Assembly (NCBI GenBank): GCA_946630615.1
Contig: CAMOYX010000001.1
Coordinates: forward strand, 1-43,707
Reading direction: 5' to 3'
Length of the DNA stretch: 43,707 nucleotides
Source: an uncultured Mycoplasmatota bacterium
Lineage (GTDB): Bacteria > Bacillota_I > Bacilli_A > RF39 > UBA660
Of the stretch, positions 26,771 through 36,748 are shown piece after piece. Each line of letters opens with the position of its first letter. The stretch's first letter is position 1. The notes beneath the pieces are model-generated. The model ran no database searches, was not told the DNA's origin, and saw nothing but the letters and a program-made list of their open reading frames with translations. A program made the translations under genes and the position numbers.

Positions 26771-26968
26771 TTATAATACTTTCTTTAGTCTCTTAGCTTC
26801 ACCTTTAGCTAATGTACCTTTATTTCTTCTTTGTCTTACTTGTTTGCTTGTATCAGATGCTGTTTGTTTTCTACTGTTACTCTTAGAATATGAAAGAGTA
26901 CCATTTTTTCTTAGTTTGAAAACTTTTCTACTTGCTTTATGAGTTTTCATTTTTGGGCCTTTTGCCAT
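26771..26968 (-). CDS. rpmI: 50S ribosomal protein L35
   Basis: PKMKTHKASRKVFKLRKNG..., 65 aa, located between infC and rplT. Confidence 0.93.
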   Translation of the reverse strand: MAKGPKMKTHKASRKVFKLRKNGTLSYSKSNSRKQTASDTSKQVRQRRNKGTLAKGEAKRLKKVL

Positions 26969-26990
26969 GTTTGTTTCCTTCTTTCTTATT

Positions 26991-27524
26991 TTATTTCTTA
27001 TTTATAGGGGCTAATATGATATCCATATTACGTCCTTCTAATCTTACTTTAGATTCAATAGTAGAGACATCACTTAACTTATCAGCAAAACGATTTAGTA
27101 CGTCTGCTCCACGATCTACGTGATCCATTTGACGTCCTCTAAAACGAATTGATCCTTTAATCTTATGACCTTTTACTAGGTAATCATAAGCATTTTTAAC
27201 ACGAGTGTTAAAATCATGGATATCAATATCTGGTGAGAAACTGTATTCTTTTAAGTTCTTGTTAGATTCACGTTGTTTTTTCATAGCTTCTCTTTGTTTT
27301 TTTTGTTTTTCATACTTGAATTTAGAATAATCCATTATTTTACCAACTGCTGGTGTAGATGTATTATTTAATAATACTAGGTCAAGTCCTGCGAATTGTG
27401 CAACTACTTTTGCGTCTTCTAGGCTCTTGATACCCATCTTCTCACCATTTGGTCCGATTACCATTAATTCAGGTACTCTAATCTCGTCATTGACTAATAA
27501 GTCATTACTATTCTTTGCTATAAT
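26991..27524 (-). CDS. infC: Translation initiation factor IF-3, non-canonical ATT start
   Basis: The track ORF starts at an internal Met (27464). The in-frame upstream sequence IIAKNSNDLLVNDEIRVPELMVIGPNGE matches the IF-3 N-terminus. ATT at 27524..27522 lies 7 nt after GGAGG. An unusual start codon is the classic infC autoregulation feature. Confidence 0.85.
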   Translation of the reverse strand: MIAKNSNDLLVNDEIRVPELMVIGPNGEKMGIKSLEDAKVVAQFAGLDLVLLNNTSTPAVGKIMDYSKFKYEKQKKQREAMKKQRESNKNLKEYSFSPDIDIHDFNTRVKNAYDYLVKGHKIKGSIRFRGRQMDHVDRGADVLNRFADKLSDVSTIESKVRLEGRNMDIILAPINKK

Positions 27525-27709
27525 AAATCAGCCTCCATACAATTAAAAAAGATGGACGCAGTCCATCTTATACTTTATTAATTATTAATAGAATAATTAG
27601 TTAAGCATTTACCTAGTTATATGTTAACTCAGGTGAGCAATGGACTTGCTTCTTTCTTTTTCTTTTAAAATAACAACGTTATATTAATAGATTATTAGGA
27701 ATTTGTCAA
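27525..27709 (-). promoter_or_regulatory. infC operon promoter plus L20-type attenuator leader
   Basis: Minus strand: TTGACA (27709..27704), 17 nt, TAATAT (27686..27681). The leader ends in the intrinsic terminator AAGATGGAC-tgc-GTCCATCTTTTTT (27545-27569), immediately upstream of the infC RBS. Its assignment to the L20 leader family rests on position and architecture only. Confidence 0.55.
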
Positions 27710-27718
27710 GCAAATTCA

Positions 27719-29107
27719 TTAAATAATATATGTTGTTCCTTCTTTAGTATCTTTTAGTGTAATACCTTTAGAGTTTAGTTCTTCTCTTATTTCGTCTGCT
27801 AGAGCATAATCTTTATTCTTTTTTGCTTCTAGTCTTTCTTCTATTTTTTTATTAATGTATTCTTCTAGTTCTTTAGATATAGTTTTTTCTTCTATTAGAT
27901 TAATAGATAATACTTTATCAAATGATTTTATTAATTCATATTTAGTTTTACCATTTAAGTTAGATTTTAATACTTCGTATAATATTGTTATAGCGTTTGC
28001 TGTATTTAGATTATCTGCTAGAGAATCTTTAAATTTATTATTATAAGTATTAAAGTCTTCTTCTATTAAGTTACCATCTTCTTTATTAATATTTTTAATA
28101 TCATTTAGAAGTTTTTCATAACTTGTTGTAAAGTTATCTAATATATCATAACTAAATAGTAATTGTTTTCTATAGTGAGAGTTTAAGCACATGAAACGAT
28201 ATGCTAAAGGATTATATCCTTTTTCTTCTAATAATGAAACTGTTAAGAATTCTCCTTTAGATTTACTCATTTTACCTGTTGTATCGTTTAGGTGTTCCCC
28301 ATGTACCCAGTAGTTGCACCATTTGTGACCTAGATAGGCTTCTGATTGTGCTATTTCATTTGTATGGTGTGGGAAGATGTTATCTACTCCACCACAGTGT
28401 ATATCTAAGTGTTCTCCTAGATTTTTAATAGAGATACCACTACATTCTATGTGCCATCCAGGGTATCCTACACCCCATGGTGAATCCCATTTTAGAGCTT
28501 GGTCTTCGAATTTAGATGATGTAAACCATAAAACAAAGTCTCCTTGGTTTTTCTTATTATCATCTTTTTCTACGCCTTCTCTTACTCCTACTACCATTTC
28601 ATCTTCTTTATTACCTGTTAATTGATAGTAGTTGTTAGCTTTAGATATATCAAAGTATACGTTTCCACCTGAGATATAAGCTATATCTTTATCTAATAGA
28701 TCTTTTATTATTTTAAAATAGAATTCAATGTTTTCTGTAGCTGGTGAAACTATTTCTGGCCATTTGTTATTTAATTTAGACATGTCTTTTTTGAATGCCT
28801 CAGTGTAGAAGTGTGCTATTTCTAAGACTCCTTTATGTTCTTTTTTAGATTCCTTTAGCATCTTATCTTCTCCGGAGTCAGAATCACTTGTTAAGTGTCC
28901 TACATCAGTAATGTTCATACATCGAGTTACCTCGTAACCTAAGTATCTTAAAGACTTCTCAAGAATGTCTTCAAATATATATGTACGTAGGTTTCCGATG
29001 TGAGCATAGTTATATACTGTAGGCCCACAGGTATACATTTTAACTTTACCTTCCACAAAAGGTTTAAAGTCTTCAACTGTATGACTTAATGTATTATATA
29101 TTTTCAT
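27719..29107 (-). CDS. cysS: Cysteinyl-tRNA synthetase
   Basis: HIGH-type motif AHIGNLRTY, KMSKS motif KMSKSKGEF, and a class I core. Confidence 0.93.
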   Translation of the reverse strand: MKIYNTLSHTVEDFKPFVEGKVKMYTCGPTVYNYAHIGNLRTYIFEDILEKSLRYLGYEVTRCMNITDVGHLTSDSDSGEDKMLKESKKEHKGVLEIAHFYTEAFKKDMSKLNNKWPEIVSPATENIEFYFKIIKDLLDKDIAYISGGNVYFDISKANNYYQLTGNKEDEMVVGVREGVEKDDNKKNQGDFVLWFTSSKFEDQALKWDSPWGVGYPGWHIECSGISIKNLGEHLDIHCGGVDNIFPHHTNEIAQSEAYLGHKWCNYWVHGEHLNDTTGKMSKSKGEFLTVSLLEEKGYNPLAYRFMCLNSHYRKQLLFSYDILDNFTTSYEKLLNDIKNINKEDGNLIEEDFNTYNNKFKDSLADNLNTANAITILYEVLKSNLNGKTKYELIKSFDKVLSINLIEEKTISKELEEYINKKIEERLEAKKNKDYALADEIREELNSKGITLKDTKEGTTYII

Positions 29108-29308
29108 ATAATAACTCCTTTCTAATGTAATAAGAATAACATAATTATAAGTAAAAAAAAAGAATAGGCTTTATAAATAAAGGCTATTCTTTTTATATTT
29201 TTTAATGCTTTGACCATTAAAAATGAATTATTGTAATAATACTATCTGTGCACATTTATAATTATTACGTTAGATATACTAACATATATATATTAAAAAA
29301 GAAAGCTA

Positions 29309-29563
29309 TTAGCTTTCTTTTAGAGTTTGATTCTTTAAGATATCTATTAATCTTATTACAAGAGTAGTATCTTTTACTTCTTCTATATATGTTTCGTTGT
29401 TATCTATTACTTCTTTTATTATAGATACATTTTTAGTATCTACTTCATCGTTAGTCATTCCCATGACTAAGTAATATTTATTATCTTCATATATAGTTTC
29501 ATTTAATACCATGTATTTTTGATTATTAGATAATTTAATAATAGTATTAATTTTTATTTCCAT
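29309..29563 (-). CDS. Small acidic hypothetical protein, translationally coupled to the upstream coiled-coil gene
   Basis: TAATG overlap at 29563. 84 aa. Hairpin AAAGAAAGCT/AGCTTTCTTT overlaps the stop codon. Confidence 0.55.
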   Translation of the reverse strand: MEIKINTIIKLSNNQKYMVLNETIYEDNKYYLVMGMTNDEVDTKNVSIIKEVIDNNETYIEEVKDTTLVIRLIDILKNQTLKES

Positions 29564-31515
29564 TACTTATCCTCATTTAATAGATCATTAAAGTCTATAT
29601 ATGCTGTGTTATCTAGAATTTGTAAGTCATCTGTATCTACTAAAGGTTCTAGTTCTTTTTCAGCTGTGTCTTCTAGTGATGGAGTTCGAACTTCTTCTTG
29701 AGTTGGTTCTTCAATGAAAGGAAGAGTTATATCTTCTTTCTCTTTAGTAGGTTTATTATCTTCTACTACTTCTTCTTTTTTAGTTTCATTAATTGGTTCA
29801 ACACTTACTACTTTTAATCTTTGAGTTCTTTCAGTTCTTGATAGAGGCTTAATTTCTTCCTCTTCTTCTATAGCTTTAATAGCTGGTTTAATACTTTCTT
29901 CTTCTAGTTCTTTTTTCTCTTCACGTTTTTCTTTAGCATTAATTCTATAGTCTTCTAGATTAATGTATTCTTCTTCAGAGTTATTTGGAGTTTCAAATTC
30001 CTCTTTTGTTCTACCTTGTAAGCTTAATTCTAGTTCATCATAGATTTCATCTGGAGTAGTTTTATATTTCATTCTATTTTTAATTTTTTCTACTTCATCT
30101 GATAGTTTCTTTAATTCTACTTTATCTTTTTCTAAAGCAAGAATATCTTCTGTTCTAGAATTTAGCATTATTAGTTTTTCTATTTCATTTATTTCTTTAT
30201 TAATTAACTTAATTTCTTCTTTTTTACTAGTTAATTCTTTTTCTTCTAATAGTTTAGAAGAGTTAACTAAATTTTCTAAGTCTTTTTGATATGAAGATAA
30301 AATAGTACTTACGTGTTCTAGTTCTTCTACTTTACGATGGAAAGCAGCATTTAATAGGGCTTTCTTTCTTGGTGTTTTATATTCATTATTACTCTTTAAT
30401 ACTTTTTTATAGTCTTCTATATCTGAAGTTAGTTTATCTTTTATAAGTTTAGTTTCATTTACTTTAGTTCTTAATTCTTTTACTTCTTCAGTATCTATTT
30501 TATTAATTTTATCTTTTAAGATATCTATTTCTTCTTCTATAGTATTCTTTTTAGATTCTAGGTATGCTATTCTATCACTCATTATAGATTTATCTTCACC
30601 GTTGTAGTTTTTGCTATCAATAAGAGATGCAAATTCATCTCTTTTTGATGTAGCTTGTTCTAGAGCTTCTTCTAGTTCACTTGAGATAAAATCCATGTAT
30701 GGACGTTTTTTAACTATTTCAGTTAAGTTTTTAATTTCTTTTAGAGCAGTAGTAATATCATCTTCAACAACTGCTTCTTCAGCTAAGTATCCGATGAATG
30801 CTGGATCTTCTAAGATTTCTGTTTTTCTATCTTCTAGTTTATTTAGTTCTTCTTCTAATTTAGATATTTTTTCTTTATCGCTTTCTTTTAATTCTTCATC
30901 TATGTATGAGTTTTTGTTATTTAGAATATCAATAGTTTCTTGTAATCTAGATTTATCTTCATTAATTTGAGTTTCTAATTTAGATCTTTCTTCTCCAAGA
31001 GTATTTAATTTATCTGTAATAATTAAATGAGAATCTTTTTTAGTATTTAGAAGTGATTCATTTTCTTTAATTGAAGAAGTTGTTTCACTCATTAAATCTT
31101 CATAGAATGAATAGGCGTTTTTATCTTTTGAGCCAATTGTTTTTAATTTAAGTTCTAAAGAATTTAGGAATGAAGATAGTCTTTCTAATTCTGTTGTTAT
31201 TTCTTCAATAGCTTTATGAGATTCTTCTTCTTCTATGCTTATTTCTTCTATATTATTTAATAAAGTAGATAGTTCTTTTTCTTCTCTTTCTAATTTATTT
31301 GTTAAACCTATTTTTATATTTTCATCTATTATTCTTGCTGATGATTTAATGTATCTTTCTGGAATAATAGTCTTTTTAATATCATTTATTTTATTTCTTT
31401 CATAAGATATATCTTTATTAATAGAATCTAATTCTTCTTTTAAATTTTCATAGTGATTATTAGTGTCACTCATTTCTACTAATAAATCTATTTTCTTCAT
31501 AATTTCATTTTGCAT
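29563..31515 (-). CDS. 650-aa Glu/Lys-rich coiled-coil protein with an acidic C-terminal tail, function unknown
   Basis: Heptad-like charged sequence throughout, with no TM segment and no enzymatic motif that I recognise. Confidence 0.6.
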   Translation of the reverse strand: MQNEIMKKIDLLVEMSDTNNHYENLKEELDSINKDISYERNKINDIKKTIIPERYIKSSARIIDENIKIGLTNKLEREEKELSTLLNNIEEISIEEEESHKAIEEITTELERLSSFLNSLELKLKTIGSKDKNAYSFYEDLMSETTSSIKENESLLNTKKDSHLIITDKLNTLGEERSKLETQINEDKSRLQETIDILNNKNSYIDEELKESDKEKISKLEEELNKLEDRKTEILEDPAFIGYLAEEAVVEDDITTALKEIKNLTEIVKKRPYMDFISSELEEALEQATSKRDEFASLIDSKNYNGEDKSIMSDRIAYLESKKNTIEEEIDILKDKINKIDTEEVKELRTKVNETKLIKDKLTSDIEDYKKVLKSNNEYKTPRKKALLNAAFHRKVEELEHVSTILSSYQKDLENLVNSSKLLEEKELTSKKEEIKLINKEINEIEKLIMLNSRTEDILALEKDKVELKKLSDEVEKIKNRMKYKTTPDEIYDELELSLQGRTKEEFETPNNSEEEYINLEDYRINAKEKREEKKELEEESIKPAIKAIEEEEEIKPLSRTERTQRLKVVSVEPINETKKEEVVEDNKPTKEKEDITLPFIEEPTQEEVRTPSLEDTAEKELEPLVDTDDLQILDNTAYIDFNDLLNEDK

Positions 31516-31629
31516 AGTACCTAGCCTACTTTCCTATTTATTCTTATACATTATAATGATAGCAAAAAATATTTTTAAAGTAAATAAAGGAAATAATAAA
31601 AGGACTTAAAATATAAGTCCTTTTGTTAT

Positions 31630-32043
31630 TTATTTTCTTTTTAGTGTTTTTTCTCTTTCTGGTAATTTATATTGGTTTGCAATATTTTTACCGTATATTC
31701 TTTCTAAAAACATGTTATATACTTCAGGGTAACCTGATCCGTAGGTTCTTGGAATTTGGTTTTCATAGTTGTAGTAAACTTTATTTTCATTAGCGTAGTC
31801 AGTTATACTTACTATTGCTCCCCATGTAGATATAAAGTCTAAGTCATCTTCTCCTGACTTTTTTTCTATTACGATACCTTTATAATCTTTAATGCTTTTT
31901 AATATTCCAGCTTCTCTTGCATCAAAACCAGCGTAGTATCTATGTACTATTACTTTTTTTCCTATTGCGTGTTCTTTTAGAAGTTTAAAGTATCTATTTG
32001 CTTTTATTTCTTTTTCTTCATCAGTTAATTCAATTTTATTCAT
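31630..32043 (-). CDS. Hypothetical cytoplasmic protein
   Basis: Start at ATG 32043 (RBS AAAGGAAAGAG). Terminator AAAGGACTT/AAGTCCTTTT at about 31600-31626. Confidence 0.5.
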   Translation of the reverse strand: MNKIELTDEEKEIKANRYFKLLKEHAIGKKVIVHRYYAGFDAREAGILKSIKDYKGIVIEKKSGEDDLDFISTWGAIVSITDYANENKVYYNYENQIPRTYGSGYPEVYNMFLERIYGKNIANQYKLPEREKTLKRK

Positions 32044-32100
32044 AAATCTCTTTCCTTTGGTCATATTGTAACATAAAAAAAGAATAAAGCTATATATACT

Positions 32101-32892
32101 TTATTCTTCTTTTTTATTAGTTATTTTTTTAACTAAGTTTTCAGCTGTTTTAGCATCAAAACCATCTTGGCCAAATGCTCTTAATACTTCAATTGGTATT
32201 GCAAATATTATTGTATTTGATTGGTCTGATGATAAATCATTTAGAGTAGCTAGTGTTCTTAAGTGAAGAGCACCAGGAGCTTCTGACATTGTTCTTGCAG
32301 CGTCAGCTAAGTTATTTGCAGCAATCTTTTCACCTTCAGCTTTAGTGATAACAGCAGCTCTTTCTCTTTCTGCTTCTGCAGCTTTAGCAATAACTCTTTG
32401 CATTTCTAGAGGTAGTTTAATGTCTTTTAATTCAACATTTTCAACTTTGATTCCCCATGGGTCAGTAGCTTTATCAATTATTTCACAGATTTCTTCAGAG
32501 ATTTTATCTCTTTGTGATAATAATTCATCAAGTGTTACTGCACCTACAGCGTTACGCATTGTAGTTTGTGCAAGTTGAGATACTGCATAAGAGTAATCTT
32601 TAACTCCGATTACTGCTTTAGAAGCATCAAATACAGAGAAGTATAATACTGCATTTATTCTTACTGAAACGTTATCTTTTGTAATAGCGTCTTGTTCTGG
32701 TACATCTATTGCTCTTGTACGAACATCAATTTTTACAAAAGAATCAATAATTGGGAATACTAGATTCCAACCTGGATTTAATATTCTATTAAATTTACCA
32801 AATCTAAATAGAATTCCTCTTTCATATTCATTTACTACTCTTATAGATGTTAAGATTATAAATAAAATAATCATTAATACTATTAATAACAT
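32101..32892 (-). CDS. SPFH/band 7 (stomatin-like) membrane protein
   Basis: N-terminal TM segment, then VNEYERGILFRFGKF ... RTRAIDVPEQDAITKDNV ... LAQTTMRNAVG ... AEAERERAA, typical of SPFH. Confidence 0.85.
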   Translation of the reverse strand: MLLIVLMIILFIILTSIRVVNEYERGILFRFGKFNRILNPGWNLVFPIIDSFVKIDVRTRAIDVPEQDAITKDNVSVRINAVLYFSVFDASKAVIGVKDYSYAVSQLAQTTMRNAVGAVTLDELLSQRDKISEEICEIIDKATDPWGIKVENVELKDIKLPLEMQRVIAKAAEAERERAAVITKAEGEKIAANNLADAARTMSEAPGALHLRTLATLNDLSSDQSNTIIFAIPIEVLRAFGQDGFDAKTAENLVKKITNKKEE

Positions 32893-32939
32893 ATATAAAA
32901 CCTTCCTTTCTATTAATAATTATAAAAAAAAGAAATTGG

Positions 32940-33491
32940 TTAATCAATTTCTTTTATACTTGTAACTATAAAATCATATAAATATAATGGATAGTCAGTT
33001 TTGCAATATAGACAGTTACCATTTCTATCAACATTTATTGGGTGTCCACATGATGGGCAGATTGGAGCAACTGGCATTTCTTTAGCATCTTTACTCTTAG
33101 ATAAAGATACTTCATAGTTATGGAATTCTCTTTCAGATCTTGCTCCATGGTCTGAAGTGTATGAAGTATCATTTAAGTTTATTTCATCTTTAAGATACTT
33201 AACTAATACATTACATGTTATTTTATAGGAGTCTTGTTCCTCTCTAATATTAGTAATAGATACTTCATCTACATTTAATTCTGCATAAATTGTTCTTTTA
33301 CCATCTTTTGTATCTTTATCTAATTTAGATTTAAGAGATTCTTGTAATTCTTTAGATAAGAAGTAATTTATATTTGTTAGTTTATTTAAAGATAATGCAG
33401 AGAAGTATCTTTTCATGTAGCTTTGCATACGTGAAGTAAATACTTCTTTAGTAAATGTTTTATCAATATTTGAATATTCTTCTATTTGCAT
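32940..33491 (-). CDS. Cytoplasmic Tim44-like-domain protein with embedded zinc ribbon
   Basis: Tim44-like pattern (FTKEVFTSRMQSYMKRYFSA ... ELNVDEVSITNI ... YKITCNVLVKY) and CPSCGHPINVDRNGNCLYCKTDY. Confidence 0.5.
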   Translation of the reverse strand: MQIEEYSNIDKTFTKEVFTSRMQSYMKRYFSALSLNKLTNINYFLSKELQESLKSKLDKDTKDGKRTIYAELNVDEVSITNIREEQDSYKITCNVLVKYLKDEINLNDTSYTSDHGARSEREFHNYEVSLSKSKDAKEMPVAPICPSCGHPINVDRNGNCLYCKTDYPLYLYDFIVTSIKEID

Positions 33492-33502
33492 ATTATCACC
33501 TC

Positions 33503-34345
33503 TTAGATATTTCTTTTTGAACTTAATACAAGTTTAGATGGTTTCTTATTAAGTTTTGAATCACAGTATGGGCATGTAGTAGAAGATACACTTGAAACAT
33601 CTGCACCACAGTGAGGACAAGTAATACTTTCTTTTGGTAATTCACTTACAACATGTTTTAAGATATATCTATTATTAATTTTGTAAGCATTTCCACCTCT
33701 TGTAATATGATTATTAGTTGTATCTATTACATAGTCAAAGAATTTTGCATTTAAGTATGATTCTACTGTTATTACTCCATTTTCTTTTTCTACTTTTATA
33801 ATTTTGATATCTAATTTTTCAAAATCACTCATTACATTTTTACCTTTTTTAAGTTTTAGAACTTCTAAGTCATTAACATAACTATCATATAATTCTTCAG
33901 ATATTATTTCTTCAAATTTATCATAGTCAAATTCCATCCATGCATTTTGTACATCTACGAAGTTATCCCAGATTTCTTGCTTTAAAGTTTCTAGAGTTTC
34001 ATTAGGTAAGAATTCTTTTAATGTGTCTTCAGATATATCTTTATATGAAGATGAAGTTCCTTCACCTTTACCACCAAATTTAGCTATTACTATAAAGATT
34101 ATTGCTATAACAACTATAGATATTATTATATCTTCAATACTAGCTTCGCCATCATAGGATGAAGATGATGAAGAATAAGATGAATGTGATGAGTATGATG
34201 AATAAGATGATGATGAAGATGATGAAGAGCCACCGCTATAACTTGAACCCCATCCAGAGTCTGCTCTTGTAATCATAATTTGTAAAGGTATAACTGTTAC
34301 TATTAAAAGTATTATTGGTATTATTTTTTTAATTATTTTTTTCAT
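33503..34345 (-). CDS. Membrane protein: signal/TM segment, Ser/Tyr-rich low-complexity region, second TM segment, Tim44-like domain, zinc ribbon
   Basis: Low-complexity run GSSYSGGSSSSSSSSYSSYSSHSSYSSSSSSYDG. TM segment IIISIVVIAIIFIVIA. Tim44-like sequence WDNFVDVQNAWMEFDYDKFEEIISEELY ... FFDYVIDT. Zinc ribbon CPHCGADVSSVSSTTCPYCDSKL. 4-nt ATGA overlap with the ATPase stop codon. Confidence 0.55.
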   Translation of the reverse strand: MKKIIKKIIPIILLIVTVIPLQIMITRADSGWGSSYSGGSSSSSSSSYSSYSSHSSYSSSSSSYDGEASIEDIIISIVVIAIIFIVIAKFGGKGEGTSSSYKDISEDTLKEFLPNETLETLKQEIWDNFVDVQNAWMEFDYDKFEEIISEELYDSYVNDLEVLKLKKGKNVMSDFEKLDIKIIKVEKENGVITVESYLNAKFFDYVIDTTNNHITRGGNAYKINNRYILKHVVSELPKESITCPHCGADVSSVSSTTCPYCDSKLNKKPSKLVLSSKRNI

Positions 34346-36687
34346 ATTCTCTCCTCTACTTTGATTGTATTATCAATCTTATTAAATACGTGTGTAACAA
34401 TGTAGTTAAATAAATTATACATGTATAAGCTATCTATTGCTAGAACTAAGATAATTAAAATCATAGCTAGGTTAAATGAAACTACATTAAAGAAATCATG
34501 AACAAATAATACTGAGAATGTAAATCCAAATAACATAGTATAGAATAATAAACCTCTTATAACTGTATATGGAGTACAAATCTTATGAAGATATATTAGA
34601 CCAGTTATACCAGTAAGAATTACTGCTATAGAACTTGATACTTCGTAAGTTAGTCCAAAGACATTTGCAAAACCTGTTACTATTAATACATTAAATAGTA
34701 CTGTAAGTGATACAGGTAGAGCTCTTGCCACAATCTTGAGTAAGAACTTACCTTTAACTAGTTCATTATTAGGTTCTAAAGCTAATATGAATGATGGTGC
34801 TCCGATAGTAAATGAAGTTATTAAAGTTAATTGAATTGGTACAAAGAAGTATCTTTGCATTGCTACTACACTTAGTATTATTAAGAATATTGTATACATT
34901 GTTTTAGCAAGTAGCAAAGATCCACTTCTTTCAACATTATTAATTATTTGTCTTCCTTCTTTAACTACATTAGGAAGTGAGTTAAAGTCGTCATTTAATA
35001 ATATTAATTGAGATATATTTCTTGCTGCATCTGTTCCAGATTTAACTGAGATAGCACAGTCAGATTGTTTTAGAGCAAGTACATCGTTTACACCATCACC
35101 TGTCATTGCAACTGTATGGCCTTCTCTTTGTAATTCTTCAATTATCCATTTCTTTTGTTCTGGTTTTACTCTTCCAAATATATCTATAGTTTTAACTAGT
35201 TTTTGTATTTCTTCTTTTGATAAATCTCCGATGTCTTTAGCAGTTGCTTCTATGCCAACTTTTTTGGCAATAGATTGAACTGTCTTAGCATCGTCTCCTG
35301 ATATTATTTTTACTAATACATCATTTTGTTTAAAGAATTCTAAAGTTTCTTTAGCACTTGGTCTAATTACATCTTCTAGTAAAACAAATCCAATTATTTC
35401 TAAGTTTTCTGGATTCTTAGATAGTTTTTTACCTTTAGCTATTGCAAGAACTCTGTAATCAGTTTGATAATCTTCTATTTCTTTTAGAATAGATTTACCA
35501 CCTAAGATATCTGGTGCTCCAAGATATAAGGTTTCTTTTTCAAATGTTAGACATCCAAATTTACGATCTGATGAGAAGTTTAGTTCTTCTTTAATATTTT
35601 CTTTTATTCCATCTTTAAAATAATCTTTTAAACACATCATAGTAGAATTTGTATCGCTACTTTGATTTGCATATTTATTTAAGTATTCTCTTACTTCATC
35701 TTCTTTATGTTTTTTATATGGAATTATACTTTTTATTGCCATCTTGCCTTCTGTTAGAGTTCCTGTTTTATCAAGACATATAGCATCTACTCTTGCAAGT
35801 ATTTCTATTGCATATAGTTGTTGAACTAATACATGTCTTCTATAAAGTTTTATAACTCCAACTGCCATGACTGATGAAGTTAATAACACTAGGCCTTCTG
35901 GAATCATACCAATTAGTGCAGCTACGGTTGCATAAATTGAGTCACCTGCTGATTTAGTAATAGCAAATTGAGAAAATGCCATTACTATACCTATTGGGAT
36001 TAGTAATACTGATAAAACTCTTAATAGTTTTTCAAATGATTCCATTATAACTGAGTTTATTTTTTTATCGTATTTTGCTTCTTTTGAAATCTTTGATACA
36101 TAACAATCTTTACCAACGTTTGTTACTTTAGCATAGCAAGTACCAGATGTAATAAATGAGCCAGATAATATATTATCGTCTTTCTTTTTAGAAATATTAT
36201 CTGCTTCACCTGTTAGAAATGATTCATTTACTTCTACTATTCCATCTATAATAACAGAATCTGCTACTACTTGATGGCCTAGAGTAAGTTTAATAATATC
36301 ATCTACTACTACATCTTCATAGGATATTATTTGTTCACTGCCATTTCTTATAACAGTAACTTTTGTTTCTGAAATAATTGATAGTTTATCAGTAATTTTC
36401 TTAGATATTATTTCTTCTATAGTACTAATAATAGTATTTACTATTATTACTCCTACAAATAAACAGTTTTTTAAACTTCCAAAGAAATTATTATTTATTA
36501 AACCTGCTGTTAATACTGCAATGGCTAATGCTAAGTTTAAAAAATTAAAGTAAGTAAATAAGTTATCTTTTATTATTTGTTTTATAGTTTTGGTTTTAGG
36601 AATATCACTTATATTTACTTGTCCTTTTTCAATTCTTTCTGTTACTTCTTTTGTTGTTAATCCTTTTATATCTTTCATAATCATCAC
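34342..36687 (-). CDS. Cation-translocating P-type ATPase (P2-like, HAD-IC)
   Basis: Motifs CLDKTGTLTEG, MTGDGVNDVLALKQSD and a TM4 PEGL motif (MIPEGLVLL), with the N-terminal cation_ATPase_N-like sequence LTTKEVTERIEKG. Confidence 0.88.
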   Translation of the reverse strand: MMIMKDIKGLTTKEVTERIEKGQVNISDIPKTKTIKQIIKDNLFTYFNFLNLALAIAVLTAGLINNNFFGSLKNCLFVGVIIVNTIISTIEEIISKKITDKLSIISETKVTVIRNGSEQIISYEDVVVDDIIKLTLGHQVVADSVIIDGIVEVNESFLTGEADNISKKKDDNILSGSFITSGTCYAKVTNVGKDCYVSKISKEAKYDKKINSVIMESFEKLLRVLSVLLIPIGIVMAFSQFAITKSAGDSIYATVAALIGMIPEGLVLLTSSVMAVGVIKLYRRHVLVQQLYAIEILARVDAICLDKTGTLTEGKMAIKSIIPYKKHKEDEVREYLNKYANQSSDTNSTMMCLKDYFKDGIKENIKEELNFSSDRKFGCLTFEKETLYLGAPDILGGKSILKEIEDYQTDYRVLAIAKGKKLSKNPENLEIIGFVLLEDVIRPSAKETLEFFKQNDVLVKIISGDDAKTVQSIAKKVGIEATAKDIGDLSKEEIQKLVKTIDIFGRVKPEQKKWIIEELQREGHTVAMTGDGVNDVLALKQSDCAISVKSGTDAARNISQLILLNDDFNSLPNVVKEGRQIINNVERSGSLLLAKTMYTIFLIILSVVAMQRYFFVPIQLTLITSFTIGAPSFILALEPNNELVKGKFLLKIVARALPVSLTVLFNVLIVTGFANVFGLTYEVSSSIAVILTGITGLIYLHKICTPYTVIRGLLFYTMLFGFTFSVLFVHDFFNVVSFNLAMILIILVLAIDSLYMYNLFNYIVTHVFNKIDNTIKVEERI

Positions 36688-36748
36688 TCAAAAGTATTAT
36701 AACTTAGTTCCAATAAAAAAAGAATAGTCTTAAGACTATTCTAATTTA

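Noticed and set aside
29108-29308. A T-box or other leader upstream of cysS.
   Set aside because: The interval is only about 200 nt. It is occupied by a terminator hairpin for the upstream gene and AT-rich promoter-like sequence. No GGTGGTACC-like core or specifier-stem features were found.
34150-34260. Imperfect trinucleotide (GAT/GAA-type) repeat encoding the Ser/Tyr-rich run, as a possible slipped-strand phase-variation tract.
   Set aside because: The repeat units are heterogeneous (tca/tct/tga-type mixtures on the coding strand), with no long perfect run. Any slippage would stay in frame and would change length only.
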